Positions 7,738-15,016 of a stretch of DNA of 15,016 nt are shown one piece after another. Where the stretch lies: the NCBI GenBank assembly GCA_038826135.1, contig JAWBON010000030.1, positions 1-15,016 on the forward strand, given 5' to 3'. Made by a program: the position numbers and the translations under genes. The notes beneath the pieces are model-generated. The model saw only the letters and a program-made list of their open reading frames with translations, made no database searches and was not told where the DNA came from. This DNA comes from Candidatus Odinarchaeota archaeon. Its GTDB lineage: Archaea; Asgardarchaeota; Odinarchaeia; Odinarchaeales; Odinarchaeaceae. Position 1 is the first letter of the stretch. The number at the start of each line of letters is the position of its first letter.

Positions 7738-8433
7738 ATGGGCTATGACAGCGCTATAACTGTTTTCAGCCCGGATGGCCGTCTATTTCAGGTTGAATAC
7801 GCTATAGAAGCTGTCAGGCAGGGGAGCCCTACAATAGGTCTCAGATTAAAAGAGGGTGTCGTGTTAATTGCGAGAAAAAAGGATATTCCCCCTCTTATGG
7901 AGAGTAAAAGCGTGCAGAAAATCTTCCTAGTAGACTCGCATATAGGCGCCTCTATTTCAGGTTTACACGCAGACGCCCGGGTTATAATAGAGTATGCTCG
8001 TGTTCAAGCTCAAATAGAGAGATTAACATACGATGAACCGATAATGGTTGAAACCCTTGTTAAAAAGATAAGTGACCTTAAACAACAATACACGCAGCAG
8101 GCTGGTGTCCGCCCATTCGGCATAGCGTTATTAATAGGAGGAGTTGACGCTAAAGGCCCCCAGCTTTACTCAACCGATCCCAGCGGCACCTACTACGGGT
8201 GGGATGCTACAGTTATAGGTAAAGACGCTAAGATACGGGAGTACCTAGAGAAAAACTACAGTAAGAAAACGAGTTTAGATGAAGCTATCATTCTAGGTCT
8301 TAAAGCTTTAAAAGCCGGTGAAGGGGAGCAAATACTCCCTGAATCGGTGGAAATTGGCTTTATCAGTGTTGAAACTAAAAACTTTAAGATACTCTCACAG
8401 GATGAAAATAAGAAATATATAAGTAAGCTTTAA
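7738..8433 (+). CDS. psmA: 20S proteasome alpha subunit
   Basis: GYD.AITVFSPDGRLFQVEYA.EAV, KIF.VD.HIG...SGL.ADAR and RPFG..LLIGG.D..GPQLY.TDPSG motifs. The first ATG is at 7738; upstream in-frame alternatives are TTG 7705, GTG 7708 and CTG 7717 (the SD-predicted position). Confidence 0.97.
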   Translation: MGYDSAITVFSPDGRLFQVEYAIEAVRQGSPTIGLRLKEGVVLIARKKDIPPLMESKSVQKIFLVDSHIGASISGLHADARVIIEYARVQAQIERLTYDEPIMVETLVKKISDLKQQYTQQAGVRPFGIALLIGGVDAKGPQLYSTDPSGTYYGWDATVIGKDAKIREYLEKNYSKKTSLDEAIILGLKALKAGEGEQILPESVEIGFISVETKNFKILSQDENKKYISKL

Positions 8434-8459
8434 GACGCTTATTGTTTCCCGTGAACCCT

Positions 8460-8996
8460 TTATGCGAGCTTAAAAACATAGTCCGCTGTATTCTGTAAAG
8501 CTACACTGAAACCCGGTTCAAAACCTATAATAACAGTTCCGAGATTTCTCTCTTTCAAACTGTGAAGTATAGGTACACATCTCGCATGTCTACTAGCGAT
8601 TGCAATATAATCTAGTTCTAATTTATTAGTAAGTTCAACAACATCCATAGCCATCTTTAAATGCACGTCTATAGTTGATATAATAGGTTCAAAACCACTG
8701 TTAGAGATAGCTTCAATAAGCTTCTCAGAAGCATGCTGATTCAAATACACTCTAGCCACCTGTACTTTTCCAAGACTGTTAACAGCTTCAAGAATCTCCT
8801 CAAGTTTAACATTAAACTCTTTTCTTAATATATTCGGGCCGTCCACTAAAACCGCTATCTTTTTTCTAAAGAACGGTAAAATCCTCTTAGCCAGAGACCA
8901 TTTCTCAACCTTACCCGGTTGACCTGTTTTAGAAGCACCCTCACCCTCCGCAGCCTGCACCCGGATTCCTCTATTTAACTCCTCTTTAAGAGACAT
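8460..8996 (-). CDS. NYN (LabA/DUF88, TIGR00288-like) PIN-fold protein with a degenerate active site
   Basis: VLVDGPNILRKEF, YLNQHASEKLIEA, GFEPII and EPGFSVALQNTAD match the archaeal TIGR00288 family. SD GGTGG 7 nt upstream. Confidence 0.88.
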   Translation of the reverse strand: MSLKEELNRGIRVQAAEGEGASKTGQPGKVEKWSLAKRILPFFRKKIAVLVDGPNILRKEFNVKLEEILEAVNSLGKVQVARVYLNQHASEKLIEAISNSGFEPIISTIDVHLKMAMDVVELTNKLELDYIAIASRHARCVPILHSLKERNLGTVIIGFEPGFSVALQNTADYVFKLA

Positions 8997-9269
8997 TTTA
9001 AAACCACCTTAAGATTCTTATAGAATATTCGCGGACAAGCCTCCTTATTGATTTGCAACCAATTATAGAAGCAAGTAAACTATGTTATCAGCATATTCTA
9101 AATCTTATAGTCCATTTAAATAAAAGAATATAAACTATAAAATATAAGCGTATCTACTATCGAACCTGCTATTTTGCATAATCCTGTTTAAAATCTTTGA
9201 CGGTAAACTTCATCATGCTGGTAAAACTCGCATTCTATTAATGATTTAACTGATGACTTAAATATTATT

Positions 9270-10223
9270 TTATATCGTATTCGCTTTTATTATTTCATAT
9301 ATTATGCGATTCGTCTCCTCAGGCGGGCTTGTTGTATTTACCATGAATATTTTAGTAGCGTTAAGAAGCGTGTTGAAGAACATTCTTCTTATCCTCGCTT
9401 TATAATCGTTTAAAACAAGCGTGTGAGGGTTGAAATACTCGTTTTCCTCTAAATATCTCAACGCTTCCCCGGATTCTAGTTTTTCAACCTTCTCAGCGTC
9501 ATTATAATCTCTTTTAAGAAGTATTGTGGTTTTCAAAGTGGCCATTGTTCTTAAACGCTCTTTACCGACAACCCAGTTTATATGTATTATAGATCTGCCT
9601 TTATTATCGAACTTAATTCTATGATATATTTGTTTATACTCCGGCCAGATGTTGATTATATCAGCTCTAATGTAGAAGTTTTTCTCAGAGCTGAACGCTA
9701 ATATATCGTTTTTCCCGTAAACTCTAGCATAAAACCAGTCGTCGCTAACCACTCGGACACCGTTATATCTTAGTAAACCGTAGGTGTGAGTTGTCTTACC
9801 TGTTCCTGAAGGAGCTATTATGCTGACACCGCTCCCATTATAGTCTACGCAAGCCCCGTGGACAGAGTAAATACTATGATTATCCTCTAAAATATCACCC
9901 GCATTCGATAACGCTATTGACTTAATTTTACCGTAGTAATCTATGTTAAACATTATAACAGTTTTAGACACAGGATCATACATTATCTGCGATTCAACAT
10001 CAGGATCGAATAAAACTAAAAGTCGACCGTGGGATCGTATATTCTCGGACATTGAATAAAAATTCTCCTCCCAAACGTCTTTAATCCACTCAGTATCCGT
10101 TATAAGCTTTACACACACACCGTAAATATCAGCTTTCTTCTCGTATAGGAAGCGATCCCTATATTTATCAAACCAAGTGTCTCTTTCACCTGTTGAAATA
10201 ATCTTAATATCATGGTAACTCAT
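9270..10223 (-). CDS. HPr kinase / PEP-carboxykinase-like P-loop protein of unknown substrate
   Basis: HGACVDYNGSGVSIIAPSGTGKTT (HprK-like Walker A context) and VVSDDW (tandem-Asp motif). SD GGTGA 4 nt upstream of the ATG. Confidence 0.75.
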   Translation of the reverse strand: MSYHDIKIISTGERDTWFDKYRDRFLYEKKADIYGVCVKLITDTEWIKDVWEENFYSMSENIRSHGRLLVLFDPDVESQIMYDPVSKTVIMFNIDYYGKIKSIALSNAGDILEDNHSIYSVHGACVDYNGSGVSIIAPSGTGKTTHTYGLLRYNGVRVVSDDWFYARVYGKNDILAFSSEKNFYIRADIINIWPEYKQIYHRIKFDNKGRSIIHINWVVGKERLRTMATLKTTILLKRDYNDAEKVEKLESGEALRYLEENEYFNPHTLVLNDYKARIRRMFFNTLLNATKIFMVNTTSPPEETNRIIYEIIKANTI

Positions 10224-10272
10224 TACCTCACCTTCTATATATTACCGGTTAATCCTGAAGTTTTTTAATAAT

Positions 10273-10752
10273 TTATATTATAGCAGCTCCCAGAAGAGCA
10301 GGTAGGATCAGTATCGCTTCATAGACTGCAAGGTTTAAAATAACATGTATTATTGAGGGCCCTATAAATAAGAATAGGATATTTGTTACGGCTAGCAGCG
10401 GGGGGAAACCGTTGGATACCAGAATTATAAAAGGGATGAGAAAAGTTATAGTAGAATATAATAATATAACAATTAAACTCGTCCCATATTTTCCGCATAT
10501 AAGACCTATAAGTAAACCTGTGAAAATAAGCGACACCATTAACATAAACTGGCCTATTAAGAGCATAGGGTAAGCTGAGAACTGAATAACGCAGATGTTG
10601 AAAAGATCTGTTTTCACGTTTTCTAACCCCCCTGTTAAACCGTTAACGAAGTCGTTTAAAGTGCTTCCTAAAACAATAAAATAAATTAAAACCCAGGAGA
10701 ATATTAGACTAAATATAAAAGCTAATAAAGGTCTGGCTGTCAAAACATACAC
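10273..10752 (-). CDS. Uncharacterised integral membrane protein (about 4 TM helices)
   Basis: 159-codon ORF with long hydrophobic stretches and no recognised motif. TTG at 10743 (5 nt after GGTGT) is a plausible true start. Confidence 0.75.
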   Translation of the reverse strand: MYVLTARPLLAFIFSLIFSWVLIYFIVLGSTLNDFVNGLTGGLENVKTDLFNICVIQFSAYPMLLIGQFMLMVSLIFTGLLIGLICGKYGTSLIVILLYSTITFLIPFIILVSNGFPPLLAVTNILFLFIGPSIIHVILNLAVYEAILILPALLGAAII

Positions 10753-10817
10753 CTTAAACTTTTAGTAAATTATTAGTAGAATCTAGTTTAAAAATTAATC
10801 ATAAATTCTCATTTAAC

Positions 10818-10840
10818 AAATAGTTAAAAATTAACTATTT
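10818..10840. promoter_or_regulatory. Perfect 10-bp inverted repeat AAATAGTTAA-aaa-TTAACTATTT in a divergent promoter region
   Basis: Seen directly between the divergent genes starting at 10752 and 10955. Its role as an operator is inferred. Confidence 0.4.
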
Positions 10841-10954
10841 TATTTTTCAATGAAGAAATTTTTGAATTTTTAAACTTATAAAAAATTATAAATAAATGGT
10901 AATTAAATAATACATTCATTATTTAAACTATAATAAAGACCTACAAGTGGTACT

Positions 10955-12310
10955 ATGGGTGAAAATAAATTTTTATCTGGAATAGTTTTTACACTGATTA
11001 TTTTCGGTTTAATCAACGGGTTTTCAATATTTAACTTATCAAATCAAACAAAAATCCTAGCCTTGCCTGGTGACACATGGACAACCCCACAGAACATAAC
11101 TTTAGTGAACAATATTGCGTTTATTTCAAATAATAATTTTCGAAATATTCTAGTAGACAGTGACGGAAATATCCACGTAGTCTACTATGGAATAAGTGAT
11201 AACCCTACAGGTAACCGTGAGATCTATTATGTAACTAATAGCAGTGGAACGTGGAGTGGAGCTAATGTCAGCCGTGTAAACTATAGTGGTGTCTGGCAAT
11301 CAGATCCTTCTATAGCATTAGACTCTCACGGTGTCTTACATGTGGTATGGACTGGTTTATATCCAGGTGCAACCGATAAAGAATTATTCTACGCTAATAA
11401 TTCAGGCGGATTTTGGAGCACCCCGTATAATGTAACTAAAACAGCTACCAGTGATGACAGTTACCCGGCGCTTGTAATCGACTCTCAGAATAATCTTCAC
11501 ATAGTATACTTGGATTATGACGCTTTTATGTTAAAATACGTGAATCGCACCTATTCGGGATCATGGTCCACTCCAATAGATTTATTGAAGTCCCCGTATA
11601 TCTTCACCAATGAATTGTCAAGGCCAACAATCGCGGTTGACTCAAATAATCATCTGTTCATAGCTTTCTCTGGAGCTAACAGTACTTATAATAATGAAAT
11701 CTACTTGATAAATAACGCGGCTGGACACTGGAGTACACCGTATAATGTAACAAGTGATAGCTTAACTGGTGACTGGGATGATGACCTACCATATATTTCA
11801 ATAGACTCTCAGAATAGAATCCACATAGCTTGGCTGACCACTAATTTCACTGTTTATGGATTAAAATATCGAAGCTACGCGAATAATGTTTGGTCAACCC
11901 CTGTATATATCACTCTCTCAGATAGTAAAGATATTTTCGGTTTTTCAATGTACCCTGATTTTAACGGTGAATTACATCTTTGCTATGACAGGAATGATGG
12001 TGGAGGCCTTTACAATATATATTATGTTAATAATACGGGGGGAGCCTGGCATACACCAGTATTGGTTTTAAACAGTTCAGATAATGAACTTAACCCTAAT
12101 ATAATGGTTGACAACCAAGGTTACGCGCATATCGTTTTCAGTTCTTCAAAGATCTATTTCCATGTAAATTACGTGCGTTCAACAACACCTGTTGCTTATC
12201 AAATACTAGGGCCAGTATCTGAAGATTACACTTTAATAATAGCAATCGGAGTTACTGTAATTATAATAGTGCTCGCGGTAGCTGTCTATATACTGAAAAT
12301 CCGGAAATAA
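10955..12310 (+). CDS. Secreted, C-terminally membrane-anchored 7-repeat beta-propeller-like surface glycoprotein
   Basis: Hydrophobic N-terminal signal; seven 50-58 aa repeats (W-S-T-P...P-x-I-x-x-D-S-x-x-x-x-H-I); 14 N-x-S/T sequons; C-terminal TM helix followed by KIRK. Confidence 0.85.
   Translation: MGENKFLSGIVFTLIIFGLINGFSIFNLSNQTKILALPGDTWTTPQNITLVNNIAFISNNNFRNILVDSDGNIHVVYYGISDNPTGNREIYYVTNSSGTWSGANVSRVNYSGVWQSDPSIALDSHGVLHVVWTGLYPGATDKELFYANNSGGFWSTPYNVTKTATSDDSYPALVIDSQNNLHIVYLDYDAFMLKYVNRTYSGSWSTPIDLLKSPYIFTNELSRPTIAVDSNNHLFIAFSGANSTYNNEIYLINNAAGHWSTPYNVTSDSLTGDWDDDLPYISIDSQNRIHIAWLTTNFTVYGLKYRSYANNVWSTPVYITLSDSKDIFGFSMYPDFNGELHLCYDRNDGGGLYNIYYVNNTGGAWHTPVLVLNSSDNELNPNIMVDNQGYAHIVFSSSKIYFHVNYVRSTTPVAYQILGPVSEDYTLIIAIGVTVIIIVLAVAVYILKIRK
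11078..12160 (+). repeat. Seven intragenic tandem repeats (propeller blades)
   Basis: Conserved Trp codons at 11078, 11252, 11414, 11564, 11729, 11891 and 12047. Blades 3 and 5 share DNA: tggagcaccccgtataatgtaac (11414) vs tggagtacaccgtataatgtaac (11729), and gactctcagaata in both. Confidence 0.85.
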
Positions 12311-12317
12311 TCACCCA

Positions 12318-12328
12318 TTTCTTTTTTT
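12318..12328 (+). terminator. Oligo-T archaeal terminator candidate (TTTCTTTTTTT)
   Basis: T-run 8 nt after the stop of the propeller gene, in a convergent intergenic region. Confidence 0.5.
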
Positions 12329-12384
12329 AACAGGCTATCCTATCATAATATAATAGTTGTGAACCCAGTTTTACAGTATTAAAA

Positions 12385-12873
12385 TTATTTTTCTCGTTTA
12401 ATCTTTTTACCTGAAAAAGTATAAACCTCGATTTGTATAATAGTTGTTTTCCCAATTTTACTCTGCTTCATAAATCTTATTCTGCTTTTCTCCGGGTTAC
12501 TCTCATGTTTCTCTATTAACATATTCAAAGCTTTTCTTTTAACTTCTTCATCCAATATGATTTTAGCTCTACCTGTGAATTGAACAGTTTTAAAAGCATG
12601 CAAGCATTCACCGTCCAGGTACCCGTCATCTTCTAAAATCTGCCCGTAAACTAACGGATTGGCTTCAATATAATCTTTTTTTCTACCAGCGTTAGCGCAG
12701 TGAAAATAAAAAAACTGGTTTTCAAAATCGTAAGCGTATGTTAAAGTAACCAAGTAAGGAGTATTATCCTTGCAGAGAGCTAAAGTCATATATCTCTGTC
12801 TATCTATAATTTCTAAAATCTCATGTAAATCTGTTATAGCTCTTTCCGGTCTTCTATTATGATATTGCTCCAA
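12385..12873 (-). CDS. Pyridoxamine 5'-phosphate oxidase-like split beta-barrel flavin-binding protein (NimA / Pyridox_ox_2-like)
   Basis: LALCKDNTPYLVTLTY, FYFHCANAGRK...IEANP.V and F.TVQFTGRA.II.DEE.K..AL..L.EK patterns. TTG start with GGGGA 5 nt upstream. Confidence 0.88.
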   Translation of the reverse strand: MEQYHNRRPERAITDLHEILEIIDRQRYMTLALCKDNTPYLVTLTYAYDFENQFFYFHCANAGRKKDYIEANPLVYGQILEDDGYLDGECLHAFKTVQFTGRAKIILDEEVKRKALNMLIEKHESNPEKSRIRFMKQSKIGKTTIIQIEVYTFSGKKIKREK

Positions 12874-12934
12874 AATAATCCCCTTTAATACACTTTAGAC
12901 CTAAAAACGCTCTGAAAGTTAAGAATTCTTAAGA

Positions 12935-12944
12935 TTATATATAA
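12935..12944. promoter_or_regulatory. Palindromic TATA element (TTATATATAA) between divergent genes
   Basis: Lies 22-31 nt upstream of the SD-less ATG at 12966 (leaderless spacing). Being self-complementary, it also reads as a TATA box toward the minus-strand gene at 12873. Confidence 0.5.
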
Positions 12945-12965
12945 GTTATTTTTGTAATATTTATT

Positions 12966-13778
12966 ATGGATAGGCAAAGGAGGCTTGTAAACTATTTAAT
13001 CATTCTGCTTATTATTATAATACCGGTAGCTTGTATTCTCCTCTTTCTTTTACCAGATGAAATAAAACAGTTGCTTATGCTTCGAAGCGGGGACTGGAAT
13101 CCTCTAACATTTTTCACTTCCATATTCATACATTTAAACCAGTTACATCTAGTAAGCAATATTATTTCCTTTCTAGTAATCTCTAATATAATCTACATGA
13201 TAAACTGGAAGACGAGCATGGAGAAAAAGATTTTAAAATTAATGCTCTTAACTATTATCCTTATCCCCTTCATATATAATATTTTATTCAATATTGTCAC
13301 AACCTTTATTCTACATGACTCTTTCATATCATGCGGGCTTTCAACAGCTGTAGCAGGCTTAACCGGTTTAACCATCCCTTCACTACGCGTATTCTTAACT
13401 GAACCTATTCAAAACTCGTCAACATCAAATTATTTCAGCATGTCTTTAACACTGTTAACAATATCAATAATAACGGTTTCGCGAATCCTAGAATTATTAT
13501 TCTTAACCATTTTCATAATAACATTGGCCTGCAGCCTAATACTTATATTAAAAATTCAACAACCGATAACTACTCTGATCAAAAAAGATCTTTACATGAA
13601 ACTAAGATTTTTAGTCACCATTTTAGCGCTCGTAATCTACTATACCCTGGTCTACTTACTGTTTCCAGCTAACATAGTAACATTAGAGGGAAGCGTAATA
13701 GACGTCTTAGCTCACCTTACCGGCCTGTTCGCGGGAATAGGGCTTGGCACTTATATCTTAAACTTTCATAAAACATAA
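12966..13778 (+). CDS. Rhomboid-family intramembrane serine protease
   Basis: Polytopic hydrophobic ORF with H-x4-H-x3-N (IHLNQLHLVSN), catalytic-serine motif GLST (canonical GxSG) and catalytic-His motif AHLTGLFAG. Confidence 0.82.
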   Translation: MDRQRRLVNYLIILLIIIIPVACILLFLLPDEIKQLLMLRSGDWNPLTFFTSIFIHLNQLHLVSNIISFLVISNIIYMINWKTSMEKKILKLMLLTIILIPFIYNILFNIVTTFILHDSFISCGLSTAVAGLTGLTIPSLRVFLTEPIQNSSTSNYFSMSLTLLTISIITVSRILELLFLTIFIITLACSLILILKIQQPITTLIKKDLYMKLRFLVTILALVIYYTLVYLLFPANIVTLEGSVIDVLAHLTGLFAGIGLGTYILNFHKT

Positions 13779-13838
13779 CTGGTTAACAATAGTTTAGAAA
13801 GTAGTACTGAATATGTGCTTTTTCTTCGCTGAAAAATT

Positions 13839-14648
13839 TTATAACGGTGCGCCGTCAAGCTGGAATAGTATCGGTTTTAGTATTGTGGATAGTTGTGATA
13901 GTCTTTTGAACTGTGATAATGTTTTCCTATATTTTGCTATGTTAAAGTTTTGTGTCGCTTCTAGGTGTCGGTCGTGGGCTTCTTGAAATATTTTGAATAG
14001 TTTAGGTGGCAGCCATAGTCTTTCATTATCTATGTCGAACGCTACTGCTCGATAATACGCGTTATCCCATTTCTGGAATATTTTAGCTAGACTATAGTCT
14101 ACGCAGCAGAATCCCCTAGGTATTTTTATATCATTGGTTGTTCTTCTGTCGAATTGACATACGCTGAAGCTGTGCATTATTCCAATGCATTCCCCTAGCA
14201 GTTTTATCTCTTCTTCCAGCTTGTAGTTTTCAGGTTTCGAGAGCATTTCTCTCAGTGTCGGGCCCTCCACATATTCTAGTATAGTATACCTGTAGTCACG
14301 CCATTGATATAGAAATTTTTGAAGCTGCGGGTTTTCTATTGTTTTAACATGTTTTGTGGTTATTTTCGGAACATATAATGGGTAGTCTCCTTCCGCTAAT
14401 TTTCTTCTAAGATACGTTATGACTTTAAACTCATTCTCCCATCTTTTCTGAGAGTCTTTTATATGATAGTCTTGACTGATTATTTTTAATCTAGCGAGGA
14501 AGGGTGAGAGCACGCTCCATTTGAAAACGTTTTTTATACCGTCCTCAAACTTCATATAATGTTTTTCAACCTGGCCGTTTTCACTTTTTATAATTATTTT
14601 ATAACCGTCTGTGAACATCATATGCGCGGGCTTTATTTCAACATTCAC
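13839..14648 (-). CDS. Atypical protein-kinase-like fold protein (Bud32/RIO/Kdo-kinase-like)
   Basis: VEKHY (beta3 Lys), RWENE (alphaC Glu), YVPKI, ILEYVEGPTL (hinge), MH....QFDRRTTN (D-x4-N catalytic loop), VDYSLA (DFG equivalent). GTG start with SD GGTGA 6 nt upstream. Confidence 0.8.
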   Translation of the reverse strand: MNVEIKPAHMMFTDGYKIIIKSENGQVEKHYMKFEDGIKNVFKWSVLSPFLARLKIISQDYHIKDSQKRWENEFKVITYLRRKLAEGDYPLYVPKITTKHVKTIENPQLQKFLYQWRDYRYTILEYVEGPTLREMLSKPENYKLEEEIKLLGECIGIMHSFSVCQFDRRTTNDIKIPRGFCCVDYSLAKIFQKWDNAYYRAVAFDIDNERLWLPPKLFKIFQEAHDRHLEATQNFNIAKYRKTLSQFKRLSQLSTILKPILFQLDGAPL

Positions 14649-14913
14649 TTAAACTCACCCGGGTTTTTGACTGTTCTTCACATATCCGTAAATGTAAATT
14701 GTTTAAAAAACATGTTGTACTTGTTTAATAATAGAGGTTTATTTAATCGATATGCTAAGTTTTAGATTGTTGCTTCTATTATTAACGGTTTAACCCGCTC
14801 ATACTATAACCATATATACTTAGTGCAAGATAATATACTATCGGTTTTTTTAAATATTCAGCTGGATAACATTCTTTTAGCTGGGTGTTGAATCCGGCTG
14901 AGAGGTTGTAAAT

Positions 14914-15016
14914 ATGAAAAAAACAGTTAAACCTTCAGGTGAAGGGAATAAGGAGAGTAGTTCGGTCGAACAGGCTATGGGAAAGTCTTTTAACACTTGG
15001 AAGCTTGTTGTGCTAG
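14914..15016 (+). CDS. 5' fragment of a gene running off the right edge (MKKTVKPSGEGNKESSSVEQAMGKSFNTWKLVVL...), possibly a membrane transporter
   Basis: SD GAGGT at 14902-14906, ATG at 14914, frame open to the window end. A hydrophilic leader turning hydrophobic; product not determinable. Confidence 0.6.
   Translation, partial: MKKTVKPSGEGNKESSSVEQAMGKSFNTWKLVVL

Noticed and set aside
9088-9216. Box C/D sRNA (ATGATGA at 9216-9210, minus strand) or a 15-aa peptide ORF MMKFTVKDFKQDYAK (9216-9169) in the 273-nt intergenic gap
   Set aside because: The nearest CTGA D box is about 125 nt away with no D'/C' boxes, too long for a typical archaeal C/D RNA. The peptide ORF lacks an SD and any supporting context. 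The gap remains unexplained beyond promoter sequence.
13885-13920. Short TGTGATA direct repeats at the 3' end of the kinase gene
   Set aside because: They reflect the encoded LSQ repeats; too short to be meaningful.
11886-14765. ORFs 11886-12071 (+), 13193-13375 (-) and 14559-14765 (+)
   Set aside because: Alternative-frame or antisense overlaps of stronger genes, with no homology cues.
1-15016. tRNA, rRNA, CRISPR array or IS element
   Set aside because: No cloverleaf or T-loop motif, no regularly spaced repeats with unique spacers, and no transposase or terminal inverted repeats with target duplications were seen in any intergenic region.

Overview
AT-rich archaeal chromosomal window. Evidence for archaeal origin: archaeal-type ProRS, 20S proteasome alpha subunit, TIGR00288-type NYN protein, cofC/cofD, GGTGA/GGTGG Shine-Dalgarno (SD) motifs and TATA-type promoters. 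An Asgard/TACK-type host such as Odinarchaeia is my unverified guess. Gene order: metX (partial) and metY on the minus strand; a divergent RimK-family ATP-grasp ligase gene (CofF/MptN-like) interrupted by an in-frame TAA; a minus-strand F420 biosynthesis operon (stand-alone FbiB-C-terminal/FbiE-like nitroreductase, cofD, cofC) just downstream of nikR; a plus-strand B3/4-domain gene, proS and psmA; an NYN protein lacking most catalytic Asp residues; an HPr-kinase-like P-loop protein; a small membrane protein; a membrane-anchored, sequon-rich 7-repeat beta-propeller; a split-barrel flavin-binding protein; a rhomboid protease; a Bud32-like atypical kinase; and the start of a gene that runs off the right edge. 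No tRNA, rRNA, CRISPR array or mobile element was seen. Most notable points: the nonsense codon in the F420-adjacent ligase, near-cognate codons (ACG, CTG) at the SD-predicted start positions of metY and psmA, a bacterial-style (PEP/dehydro-F420) F420 route, and a probable pseudo-nuclease.
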